Assembly: GCA_051003155.1 (NCBI GenBank) | Contig: JBPCLO010000026.1 | Coordinates: forward strand, 128,001 to 192,000 | Direction: 5' to 3' | From: Fimbriimonadales bacterium | GTDB lineage: Bacteria > Armatimonadota > Fimbriimonadia > Fimbriimonadales > ATM1 | Length of the DNA stretch: 64,000 nt | In this document: piece after piece, positions 55,288 through 64,000 of the stretch | Layout: each line of letters starts with the position of its first letter | Numbering within the stretch: the first letter of the stretch is position 1 | Notes under the pieces: model-generated | The model's input: the letters and a program-made list of their open reading frames with translations, nothing else | The model's database searches: none | Told to the model about the DNA's origin: nothing | Program-made: the position numbers and the translations under genes

Positions 55288-56190
55288 TCACTCGACAATT
55301 GACGGGCCTTCTCCATTTTGGGCCCGTTCAGTTGTCCCTCTGGCGATCTCGAACAACGTCGCTTTAATGCGCCAGTTCGTTCCGCTCGATGAAGTCAAAA
55401 GCAACTCCCCGGCCACGCAGCGTTCGTCCGCTGGGTTCCACTGAGTGCAAACCTTGTGCGGCCAGATCAATCTTCTCTCGCCGAGAGGGGAACACGGATT
55501 CTCCATAAGCAGTCGCGAAACTGACCCGGCGTCAAGTCCCATGGCACCGGAGAGGCGGTCTACCACGATATCGAGGAGTGCGCCGTTATGCGTATGCAAG
55601 GCCGAGATTGCACCGTCGAACAGAACTTTGACGAGTCCTGCCAGGTTCGGCCGATTGCCTTCGGGTGCTTCGATTTGGATTGACATTCCAAAGTCTCCCA
55701 GGACTTGCTCACTGACTCTCGCCCACAGCACTTGTCCAGACCTTAGGGCGTACCAGATTGTTTCGGGCTTCACGGCGCCAAGCTTGCGAAACTCCCCAAG
55801 TAAGGTCGCGACGGGCCGGAAGGCGGAGAGCTTAGAGTTCGACAGGTCGACCATTTCATATCGATAGTAGTGATCGGCTTCGGAAAGCTGGCACAGTGGC
55901 GCTCGTGTGTAGGAACGTATGAAGCAAATTCCCCGGCGAGCACACTGGGAAAAGCACCTACTCCCGACGTTGTAGAAGAGCACGTTCTCTGCGTCGCATC
56001 GTTCGCGACTTTCAGATACATAAGTCGCTTGAAGCGCGTCTTCCGATGACGCACGCAGCCCACAAATCGCAGTCGCGAGCTCCGACCTGAAGTCTTTCAA
56101 CCAACCCTTTGGTTCAAACGGGAGACGCTTGCTAGACCACGCCTCGACCACATTGCGCTCGGCCGTTGCACTTTCAATGTTGTACTCCAC
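55288..56190 (-). CDS. Hypothetical protein, possibly RusA-like fold
   Basis: 300-aa ORF with RBS gagga; RCDAENVLF and RPNLAGLVKVLFDGA segments. Confidence 0.6.
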   Translation of the reverse strand: MEYNIESATAERNVVEAWSSKRLPFEPKGWLKDFRSELATAICGLRASSEDALQATYVSESRERCDAENVLFYNVGSRCFSQCARRGICFIRSYTRAPLCQLSEADHYYRYEMVDLSNSKLSAFRPVATLLGEFRKLGAVKPETIWYALRSGQVLWARVSEQVLGDFGMSIQIEAPEGNRPNLAGLVKVLFDGAISALHTHNGALLDIVVDRLSGAMGLDAGSVSRLLMENPCSPLGERRLIWPHKVCTQWNPADERCVAGELLLTSSSGTNWRIKATLFEIARGTTERAQNGEGPSIVE

Positions 56191-56311
56191 TAATCCTCAT
56201 CCCTTAGAGAACTCTTGCGACTCAAATCTTGGAGATTAGGCCCGTCCATGCGCGTATTATGAGTGCGGCCGACCGAATGCGCCTCACTGCTGCTCGTTCT
56301 GGTATACTCCT

Positions 56312-56429
56312 CGCCAAGCGGACAGCGCTGCTGGTCGCCGTTGTACGGAGCGGCCCTCGGGGAGGGGCCTTTGCGTAGAGCGGCAATCCGGCGGGGTTCG
56401 CGCGATACGGAGGCTTTTGCAAAATCAGT
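56312..56429 (+). promoter_or_regulatory. Structured rpsO leader (candidate S15 autoregulatory RNA)
   Basis: TATACT at 56303-56308, then nested helices ctgctgg/ccggcgg, gccgtt/agcggc, tacg/cgta and ggccct/ggggcc, then RBS ggagg. Confidence 0.6.
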
Positions 56430-56711
56430 ATGCCCCTGCCGAAAGAGACGAAGACGGAAGTAATCGAGAAGTACCGAACCGCGGCAACCGACACAGGGTC
56501 GGCCGAGGTTCAAATTGCGCTGCTAACATCGCGCATTCAGCAAATCACGGAGCACCTTCGAACAAACAAGAAGGATTTCCACTCCCGCCGCGGACTTCTC
56601 ATCCTCGTTGGACAGCGCAGGAGGTTGGAGAGCTATCTCCGCCAAAAAGATATCACTAAATACAGGGCTCTTGTACAAGAGCTAGGCATACGAGAACAGA
56701 AGCCTCAATAG
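56430..56711 (+). CDS. rpsO: 30S ribosomal protein S15
   Basis: [15 protein letters not shown]...HL...[10 protein letters not shown]...VGQRRRL..YL. Confidence 0.98.
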   Translation: MPLPKETKTEVIEKYRTAATDTGSAEVQIALLTSRIQQITEHLRTNKKDFHSRRGLLILVGQRRRLESYLRQKDITKYRALVQELGIREQKPQ

Positions 56712-56722
56712 GAGGCAACCAA

Positions 56723-59143
56723 TTGATTCAAACCACTTCTTTCACGGTCGGAGGCAAAGAGCTTTCGATCGAAACGGGTCGCGTAGCTAAACAGGCTGGC
56801 GGCGCAGTTCTCCTCGGTATGGGTGAAACCGTCATCCTCGGCGCAGCTACAATGAGCGCCGACCCCCGAGAGGGTCTCGACTTTTTCCCGCTTACGTGCG
56901 ACTACGAAGAGCGCAAATATAGCGTTGGCAAGATCCCGGGCGGCTTTATGAAGCGCGGGGGCAGGCCCAGCGAAAAGGCCGTGCTTACGTCGCGCCTGAT
57001 CGACCGGCCCATGCGCCCTCTCTTCCCGAAGGGAATGCGCAACGACGTGCAATGCGTCGCCATGCCCTTCGCTGTCGACCAGAGCTACCCGCCCGATGTG
57101 CTTGCGCTCAACGCCGTTTCAGCGGCCCTCGCGCTTAGCGACGTCCCGTGGGACGGGCCCGTCGGAGCAGTGCGAGTCGGTCGCGTTGGCGGAGAGCTTG
57201 TGCTCTTCCCCACCGTCGAGCAGATCGAGAATGAGGCCGACCTCGACCTGATCGTCGCGGGTACCAAGGACGCTTTCATGATGGTGGAAGCTGGCGCCGG
57301 CGAAGTCAGTGAGAAAGACATGCTTAAGGCGATGGAGTTCGCACAGGACGCCATCAAGGTGATCTGCGAGAACATCGCCAAGTTCGCCAAGGTGCATGGC
57401 AAGGCTAAGCGCGAAGTTACGCTCTTCAAGGTCGATCCCGAAGTGCTCGAACTCATCCGCAAGCAGTCGGGCAAGCAGATCCGAGCAACGATCGTCAACC
57501 CCGACAAGGCGAACCGCGAGAGCGCACTCAGCGACCTCCTCAAGGAGATCGTCGCGCTGCACAAGACTACGACCTACGCCGAGAACCCCGAAAAGCAGGC
57601 GTTCTTGATCGAAGCCGTCGATACCGTTATCAAGGAGACCGTCCGCGATCTCATCATCAAGGACGACAAGCGGCCCGACGGGCGAAAGTCCACGGAAATC
57701 CGCCAGATCACGTGCGATCCGGGCCTACTTCCGAAGGTCCACGGCTCGGGCCTCTTTACCCGAGGCCAGACCCAAGTCATGACCGTAGTGACACTTGGCG
57801 CACCTGGCGAAGGTCAAACGATGGACGGCATCGAAGAGGTCGAGAACAAGAAGTACATGCACTTCTACAACTTCCCGCCCTACTCGGTCGGCGAAGTTCG
57901 GCCGATGCGCGGCCCCGGCCGGCGCGAAATCGGCCACGGCGCACTTGCGGAAAGAGCGCTCATCGGCGTTCTCCCGACGGACGAAGAGTTTCCCTACACG
58001 CTTTTGCTGATCAGCGAGGTCTTGGAGTCGAACGGCTCAACCTCGATGGCGAGCGTTTGCGGATCGACCCTCGCACTGCTCGATTGCGGCGTGCCGATCA
58101 AGGCGCCCGTCGCCGGCATCGCGATGGGCCTCATGTCCGACGGCAAGACCTTCAAGGTTTTGACCGATATCCAGGGCATGGAAGACTTCTGCGGCGACAT
58201 GGACTTCAAGGTCGCCGGCACCCGCGACGGCATTACGGCACTTCAGCTGGATACTAAACTAACCGGCATCCCCGCTCAAGTGATGAAGGACGCGCTGACG
58301 CAGGCCGAGACGGCCCGCCTTCACATCCTCGACAAGATCGACGAAGCCGTCCCCGAGCGCCGCACCGAGCTGAACCCGAACGCCCCGAGGGCAGAGGTTG
58401 TTCAAATCGACCCGCAGCGCATCGGCGAGCTCATCGGCCCGGGCGGCAAGATGATTAAGAAGATCACCGCCGATTCTGGCGCGACGATCGACGTGGAGCA
58501 GGACGGGCGCGTGTTCATCCTGGCCGAGAACGCCGATCAGATGAATGCGGCGGTCAACATGGTCAAGGGTCTGATGCACGTGCCCGAGGTCGGCGACGAG
58601 TTCACCGGCCCGGTGTCCCGTCTGTTCGGCCGTGGCGCGATGGTCGAGTTCCTCCCCGGCAAAGAGGGCATGGTGCCGATCGAGCAGCTCAGCGTGAAGC
58701 CGATCCGCCGTCCCGAAGATGTCGTCAAGCTTGGCGACGTGCTCAATGTGAAGGTCCACGAAGTGGACTTAATGGGCCGCATCAACCTGACGGCTCTCGG
58801 CATGAAGCAGGAGCTCGCCGGCTTGGAAGACAACGCGGGCGCCACGCCGCCCGCCAGCCAGCCACGCGGCCGCGGAGATCGTGACCGTGGGGGGCGCGGA
58901 GGCGACCGGGATCGGGGTGGACGCGGAGGCGACCGCGGCGGACGCGGCGGCTTCGACCGCGACCGAGATCGTGATCGCGGCGATCGCGACAGAGCGCCTC
59001 GCCAAGATCGCGAGCCTCGGCCCGAGCCCGAGTCGCGGCCAGAGCGAGAGCCGGAGATCCGCCCGAGAGAGGACGGCAACTTCCCCAAGAAGGAAGGCGA
59101 GGCGGAGCCGACGACGGTTGCACGCTTCCGTCCGAAGCGCTAG
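56723..59143 (+). CDS. pnp: Polyribonucleotide nucleotidyltransferase with an RG/RD-rich C-terminal tail
   Basis: ETGRVAKQAGG, SRLIDR, FTRGQTQ, RREIGHG, ESNGSTSMAS, GDMDFKVAG, and KH and S1 domains. Confidence 0.98.
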   Translation: MIQTTSFTVGGKELSIETGRVAKQAGGAVLLGMGETVILGAATMSADPREGLDFFPLTCDYEERKYSVGKIPGGFMKRGGRPSEKAVLTSRLIDRPMRPLFPKGMRNDVQCVAMPFAVDQSYPPDVLALNAVSAALALSDVPWDGPVGAVRVGRVGGELVLFPTVEQIENEADLDLIVAGTKDAFMMVEAGAGEVSEKDMLKAMEFAQDAIKVICENIAKFAKVHGKAKREVTLFKVDPEVLELIRKQSGKQIRATIVNPDKANRESALSDLLKEIVALHKTTTYAENPEKQAFLIEAVDTVIKETVRDLIIKDDKRPDGRKSTEIRQITCDPGLLPKVHGSGLFTRGQTQVMTVVTLGAPGEGQTMDGIEEVENKKYMHFYNFPPYSVGEVRPMRGPGRREIGHGALAERALIGVLPTDEEFPYTLLLISEVLESNGSTSMASVCGSTLALLDCGVPIKAPVAGIAMGLMSDGKTFKVLTDIQGMEDFCGDMDFKVAGTRDGITALQLDTKLTGIPAQVMKDALTQAETARLHILDKIDEAVPERRTELNPNAPRAEVVQIDPQRIGELIGPGGKMIKKITADSGATIDVEQDGRVFILAENADQMNAAVNMVKGLMHVPEVGDEFTGPVSRLFGRGAMVEFLPGKEGMVPIEQLSVKPIRRPEDVVKLGDVLNVKVHEVDLMGRINLTALGMKQELAGLEDNAGATPPASQPRGRGDRDRGGRGGDRDRGGRGGDRGGRGGFDRDRDRDRGDRDRAPRQDREPRPEPESRPEREPEIRPREDGNFPKKEGEAEPTTVARFRPKR

Positions 59144-59151
59144 TTAGGCAT

Positions 59152-59191
59152 GAGAAAGGGCGCGGGCCATACTCGGTTCGCGCCCTTTCTC
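59152..59191. terminator. Intrinsic terminator hairpin between convergent genes
   Basis: gagaaagggcgcg ... cgcgccctttctc, followed by ttt. Confidence 0.85.
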
Positions 59192-59205
59192 TTTGTCTGA
59201 CGGTC

Positions 59206-59805
59206 TTAGCGCCGGCGACGCCGAGCAAGCAGCGCCGCAAGGCCGACGCCGAGAGCCAGGAACGTCCCGGGCTCGGGAACAGCGCCCCCAATCCGGACTT
59301 GGCTGACGTCCTCGAGATCGACGGTTGTGTGGAGCGTCACCTCGGTAATTAGCTGGCCGTTCAGGGCGATGATTCGGAAGAAGTTCGCGCCTGCGCCGTC
59401 TATGTCAAACGTTCCCATGAAGGGATCGCCAACGGCCTGCTCCACTGTGAAGTCCACGGAGCCATCCTCGACTGCGTTCAGGTTAAGGATGAGCGAAGTG
59501 AACGTGTTCGGCACCCCATCCAAAGCGATTGACAAGTCGGTGAAGCCGCCGTCGACGGCCTCGACCTGGTTGCCTGAAAGCGTCGTCAGATCTTCGAACG
59601 CATCGAAGAAGTTGACGATCAAGTCTGACTGGTTCGTGATGCCTTCCACCAGCGGGCCGGTATCGATGAGGCCTTGCTCGTTGAAGAGAACGTTCTCATC
59701 GCCTTGGATATCGCCCGGTCCGGGCAGAATTACGATATCAGCGTTCGCAGCTGCGAAGCATGTGCCGAGCGCGGCTAGCACCCAGGTTCTCTTATTTCTA
59801 ATCAT
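59206..59805 (-). CDS. PEP-CTERM sorting domain protein
   Basis: Signal peptide; ends VPEPGTFLALGVGLAALLARRRRR; RBS ggagg. Confidence 0.93.
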   Translation of the reverse strand: MIRNKRTWVLAALGTCFAAANADIVILPGPGDIQGDENVLFNEQGLIDTGPLVEGITNQSDLIVNFFDAFEDLTTLSGNQVEAVDGGFTDLSIALDGVPNTFTSLILNLNAVEDGSVDFTVEQAVGDPFMGTFDIDGAGANFFRIIALNGQLITEVTLHTTVDLEDVSQVRIGGAVPEPGTFLALGVGLAALLARRRRR

Positions 59806-60307
59806 GATTTCCTCCAATTAATAACAAATTGCGGCCCGCCAACGGCAAGCTGCATGCACGTTCCTACGCTTTTTATGACCCTGGCAGCGCATTTGCGGTT
59901 CAAAGCTAGCTCCTTTGCGAGTAAAACCATGCCGCATGGCCTCTAAACGAGAAGTTCGACTCTGGCATGGGTAGCTATCTGCAGAACCGATACGGGACAC
60001 CCGTACCGTCCTTAAAATGCGTCGGCCATTGGGGAACGCTCTGCGGTTCGTCCCGCCGCGCCGAACAATAAGAAGATGAGATTCCCCTTTTCCAATCCAA
60101 GCACGGGGAATTGGCCCCGTCCAGGGTCTCCCACGCTCGTCCATACGTAACAAACACTACTACGACTCACAGCGGATAAGGCGGTGCATGTGGCTCCAGG
60201 CTCTAAGCCGGCAAGCCGCCAGGCGAGGAGATCGACTGCCGCATGTTCGCTGTGAACTCGAACGCCGATGGTATGGCCAGCAATACTAGAAAGAGGTAAA
60301 TAAAAAG

Positions 60308-60368
60308 TCTCCTCTCCCCCTGGGAGAGGACCGTCCCGAGCTTGCTCGTGGACGAGGTGAGGGAGATA
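60308..60368. repeat. REP-like palindromic element
   Basis: cctctccccctgggagagg...gaggtgaggg resembles the common CCTCTCCC..GGGAGAGGG..GGTGAGGG intergenic repeat. Confidence 0.6.
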
Positions 60369-60518
60369 GACGAGATGCCCGATCAGAGCGATGACGGTGG
60401 TTCTGTAACCTTCGGCTTGGTGCACCCGCAGAGGAGCAGAGGAGACGACATGAAGTGCAGGCCCGGCGCGGCTGCCCCCTGGGCTAGCCCCGCCGGGCCC
60501 TTTCGTTATCTCAACCGA

Positions 60519-61303
60519 TTATCTTCGTCGTCTGCGAACCGCGAGCCAGCCTAGGCCGACTACGGCCGCAACCATAGAGGACGGTTCCGGTACAACTGCC
60601 CTTAAGTTTGCCGCCGAGTGCGAAATGATAATGTCGCCGTTGACGAGGCCGCCTCCGCCTATGACATCCACGAGCCCTATGTGAATAGCGTTCGTAGCTT
60701 GCCCGCGGCTACTGATGCCGTCGCCCGACACGAACTGTTCGTTTAGAGTAACCGTGATTCCAAGGTTGTTAAACACGACTGTGTTCGGCGCCGGGTTGGA
60801 GGTGATCGCAACGTCAACGCCGAGTATCGTGAGAACGGTATTGGTCAGCACGGTGTCGCCGACCCCAACCAAGCTGCCGAAGTCTCCGGACACAATCGAA
60901 TTGCTAACGACTTGATCGGCCGTCAAGTTCAATAGGTCCGGAGAACCGGTTCCGGGGACCAGCTCTAAACTCAGGTCATTGACTTCCGCATCTGCCATAG
61001 CGAATCGGTCTCCCGCACCGCCGTCGACATCGGACGATGCGTTCACCGTCATGATGCCTGTCGACAGAGTGCCCAGCGGGACGCCGGAGACGAGCAGGGA
61101 TAACACCTGATCGGTGTCATTATAGGGCGGGGCGCGGTGCCGGACGCTGTGGGCACGGCCGCCACGTTCAAATTGAAAGTCAGTAGGGTGACAGCCGATT
61201 GTACGCCGTATGCGTCGCTGCCTCCAAAGGTTACAATAGCTTGGGAAGAGACCGTCAATCCGAGGCCTAGCGACAATAACGCGTATCTAATGTTAAGTTT
61301 CAT
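60519..61303 (-). pseudogene. PEP-CTERM protein (choice-of-anchor P-like) split by a 1-nt frameshift near 61130
   Basis: Signal peptide ORF ...SGTAP joins PYNDTDQVLSLLV...SNPAPNT...TLNEQ...VPEPSS...RRRR if one base is restored. Confidence 0.8.
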
Positions 61304-61532
61304 TTAACTTCTCCCTTAGTAAGCCAAGAATGGTCTTACTAATTATATATATGCCGCCGAGTCTGATATTGTGACCATTCTTCTTGTGGGCCGGGAAAAT
61401 TCGCGACCTGAACTCGAACGGCGACGGCGTGCCGAGCAATACCGTGACCGTGGTGCTGTAACGGCCCCGGCTTTCGCACTGAAAACCGGTGTACAATAAG
61501 CAGGCAGTCCTTTGACTGCGAGGGAGATATAA

Positions 61533-62306
61533 ATGAAAAAGGGCTTTCTTGTTAGTTTGGTATTTGCATCCGTGGCCGGCGCGCAAGCCGGCGTCGGGCC
61601 CACGAGCGAATACTATTTGACCGCGGGCGACCAGGGCATGCTCTGGGTCGTTCAAGGCGGCGCCGTCAACCGCTCTTGGGTTGGCGCAACCGGCGGTGAG
61701 TATCCGATCGCGGTGGGGAATGAGGTCCGAACCCTGGCCGTTGGGTCACAGGGCGCAGAGTACACGCTCGGAGGCGTCGACACGGGCGCGCGCTACGCCT
61801 TTCCAACGGGGATCGGAAGCGCCTGGGATGGTACGACCGACCTGAACGACAACTACCTGGTGGACTGGAGCAACGGTGGAGTCTGGCGTACCGACCGCGA
61901 CTGGTCGAATCCTTCCCTGCTGTTCGCTCTTGGTGGCTTCGGCGAGCGCCTCGGCATCACGTATGACTTTTCGGACAACACACTCTGGGTGTCGGGTTGG
62001 GATCTCGACGTTGTCGAGCACTTCGGCATGGACGGGACCCTGCTGGGCTCGTTTGCACCAGGGTTCACGTCGATCACGAGCTTGGCGCTCGACCATGCGG
62101 ACGGCACGCTATGGATGGGCACGCAGGGCCAGTTGGGCACGTTCTTCCAGTTCGCGAAGGATGGAACCCCCCTCGGGTCGACCACCATCGCTGAGCTCGC
62201 TACCCAGAACACGTTGGGTGGTGAGTTCCAGGCGGTGCCCGAGCCGGCGAGCATCATCGCCCTCGGCGTAGGCCTCCTCCTTCTCGCGAGGCGTCGGTCA
62301 CGATAG
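61533..62306 (+). CDS. PEP-CTERM sorting domain protein with a propeller-like body
   Basis: Signal peptide; ends VPEPASIIALGVGLLLLARRRSR. Confidence 0.93.
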   Translation: MKKGFLVSLVFASVAGAQAGVGPTSEYYLTAGDQGMLWVVQGGAVNRSWVGATGGEYPIAVGNEVRTLAVGSQGAEYTLGGVDTGARYAFPTGIGSAWDGTTDLNDNYLVDWSNGGVWRTDRDWSNPSLLFALGGFGERLGITYDFSDNTLWVSGWDLDVVEHFGMDGTLLGSFAPGFTSITSLALDHADGTLWMGTQGQLGTFFQFAKDGTPLGSTTIAELATQNTLGGEFQAVPEPASIIALGVGLLLLARRRSR

Positions 62307-62460
62307 CTCTCTGTATGGGAATCGCCGGTTACCTCTTTCGATAGTACGCATATCGAGCCCGGGGTCGGCGATTCCCGCAGTTTCGATTCCTGCGCACAGG
62401 TTTCGGGCAACCGGTCGTTCGCGCCTGTCGTTTCCCAGGAAACCAGAAAACGCGCCAACA

Positions 62461-62547
62461 TGACGGTGCTGGTGTGCCTTCCGGTCTTCAAACCGGTGTG
62501 ACTCGCTTGCGGGTTCCGGTGGGTTCGATTCCCACACGCTCCCGCCA
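62461..62547 (+). tRNA. selC: Degenerate/partial tRNA-Sec (UCA): 5' acceptor strand missing and anticodon loop one base short
   Basis: D arm ggtgc-tggt-gtgcc; anticodon arm ccggt-cttcaa-accgg; long variable arm gactcg-cttg-cgggtt; T arm gtggg-ttcgatt-cccac; acgctccc-g-cca end. The expected 5' gggagcg is replaced by gccaaca. Confidence 0.85.
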
Positions 62548-62643
62548 TTTCAGCCCTCGTAAGAGGGAGGCGGCGAGCTGTGTTGGGAACCTGCTTGTGA
62601 GAGGGTCTTTGTGTTAAGCGCCTCCCGGAAACGCAGCGCCTGT

Positions 62644-63000
62644 TTAGGGAGCCCTATCGTCCTCCTCTTCTGGTGGGAACGTTATGGGTGCGAACACAAT
62701 GGACGGGTAGTTAGGAGGAGCAGCATTCTCGTCGACGTCGTGAACTTCCTTCCACTTGCAGCGGGTCTTCAGCCAGAAGAACGTTGCTGCCGGGCACTTG
62801 CCGGACGTTGCCATTTCGAACAAGGCTACCTTTACGGCCGCATGCGCCTTGACCTGGCCCGCCGCGAGTTCTTCCTTGTAGTACTTGCGAAGCGAGTTCC
62901 GCGCCATACCGACAGCCTTGGCAATGTCGGCCTCCGTGTCACCGCAAGCCGCCATAACCTCCACAACACGCCGCATCTCGTCCGTCGGAGTGATCATCAT
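62644..63000 (-). CDS. Phage terminase-small-subunit-like HTH protein
   Basis: VEVMAACG...DIAKAVG....LRKYY.EEL..G..KA...V..ALF..AT.G...A..FWLKTR..W.E pattern common in prophages. Confidence 0.7.
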   Translation of the reverse strand: MMITPTDEMRRVVEVMAACGDTEADIAKAVGMARNSLRKYYKEELAAGQVKAHAAVKVALFEMATSGKCPAATFFWLKTRCKWKEVHDVDENAAPPNYPSIVFAPITFPPEEEDDRAP

Positions 63001-63214
63001 GCCTTGGCCGTTAAGCGAGGGGCGCCCGGGGCTGTCAGTTCGCACGCGTTGATCGGTTGATAGATCGCCGTCCGAGCCACCAGAGAGAACACCCGCGACG
63101 TCTTCGATTCTAGAGAACGCCTTCTGTGCCGTCTTTCCTTTGAACCGTCCACCCGTACGCGCCGCCGATTCGGTGTATTCGTTGCCGTTCGTGGTTCGCT
63201 TACCGGGTACCAAT

Positions 63215-63925
63215 ATGCGTAGTATTACAATGTCACCTCAAGACCGAAAGAAGTTGCTCGAACTAGGCCAGGGTTACTTCCGTGGAGCCGATAACGATGA
63301 TCTTCGCAGCTTCATGGACGCCGTAATCTCCGCGGGGGAGCGCCCAAAATCCGCAAACACTAAGATAGGATCGGGAGCCCCGAACTATGCCTCCTTCTCC
63401 GCAGCCTTTCAGGTCCTCGGCTTCCATGAGCCCATCCTCGTCAGGCAAGAGGGTGGGCGAATCATCGTAGACGCTAGTCCCGAAGTGAGCCCCAATGAGG
63501 TCATGAAAGTTTACGCTGCGGCACGGCAGTCGATCCGCGGCAAGGGCAGGGGTATATCCCTCAAACAACTAACCCTAGGACTGGCCTGCCTATATCTGCA
63601 ACCACGATACAGAGAGCTTCTGGAAACAGCGAGGAAGACTGATACCGGAACGCCTAACACGGAACTAGATCATGGCCGACGCGATCAGTTGAAACGGATG
63701 GGTTTCTGGCGGTGGTGTCGTTTGTTCTGGAACAACTATTGTCTCTGGAATGAACAACTGGCCTATCTCTACAGGGGTCGTAAGGAGAGCTGCCAAGAGG
63801 CTGTAGGTAGACGGGTCCGCGAGGCCGTCACGGATGAATACGACGCTTATGAAGAACGGGCATCGGGCCGCTTCAAACGCGACGGCCTTCGGGCTATGAA
63901 AGCCGTCCGGCGGATCGCCGGTTAA
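63215..63925 (+). CDS. Hypothetical protein, mobile-element associated (start uncertain)
   Basis: ~236-aa basic ORF divergent from the phage-like gene; no recognisable motif. Confidence 0.55.
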   Translation: MRSITMSPQDRKKLLELGQGYFRGADNDDLRSFMDAVISAGERPKSANTKIGSGAPNYASFSAAFQVLGFHEPILVRQEGGRIIVDASPEVSPNEVMKVYAAARQSIRGKGRGISLKQLTLGLACLYLQPRYRELLETARKTDTGTPNTELDHGRRDQLKRMGFWRWCRLFWNNYCLWNEQLAYLYRGRKESCQEAVGRRVREAVTDEYDAYEERASGRFKRDGLRAMKAVRRIAG

Positions 63926-64000
63926 AGGGCCCACGTCCACAAACGGGCCGGATCGATCCGCGCTGCGCGATTCGTGCCCCTTTTATAGTGTTCAAGGTGC

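Larger units (their letters stand above)
62548..64000. mobile_element. Probable left end of a prophage/satellite-like island next to the selC copy
   Basis: Phage-like gene immediately 3' of a tRNA-Sec CCA end; no integrase inside the window. Confidence 0.5.

Noticed and set aside
59845..59862. Possible sigma-54 promoter upstream of the 59206..59805 PEP-CTERM gene
   Set aside because: tgcatgcagcttgc lacks the invariant GG at -24.
60418..60435. Minus-strand tcctctgcgggtgcacca resembling a tRNA-Arg 3' end (possible att remnant)
   Set aside because: Only ~18 nt, with no T-loop and no partner copy in the window; could be chance.
1..64000. CRISPR array, cas genes, rRNA, transposase, integrase, reverse transcriptase
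   Set aside because: No regularly spaced repeats or diagnostic motifs were seen. The duplicated blocks at 0-8.7 kb have no adjacent RT or recombinase and no adenine-specific variation, so a DGR or shufflon is not supported.

Overview
About 60% GC chromosomal window from a diderm bacterium. Gene content and protein style suggest Armatimonadota (Fimbriimonadales-like); this is inference. Most of 13.5-59 kb is housekeeping: acyl-CoA dehydrogenase, sepF/yggS/secG, hsp20-lon-tagA, tsaD/rimI, smpB, pheST, rplT, proS, rqcH, ilvE, alr, kdsA, dsbD and rpsO-pnp. The notable parts are: (1) a ~0.9 kb, apparently minus-strand unit at 22.14-23.04 kb, made of a short ORF followed by ~670 nt without a convincing ORF, dense with nested helices and a possible pseudoknot. 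It is a candidate undescribed large structured RNA. (2) A rearranged 0-10.8 kb block where a pagL-like / geneB / geneA locus occurs twice in tandem, joined at a 13-nt microhomology. The first geneB copy is destroyed and filled with ~5 kb of foreign cargo (DUF499 remnant, glycan-active enzyme). (3) A degenerate tRNA-Sec copy followed by phage-like genes at the right end. (4) Four PEP-CTERM genes around rpsO-pnp and a recurring C-terminal domain that may be a lineage-specific anchor. (5) Many -10 boxes sitting directly before start codons, suggesting leaderless mRNAs. Several pseudogenes are present. All calls come from reading the sequence by eye; no searches or folding were run.
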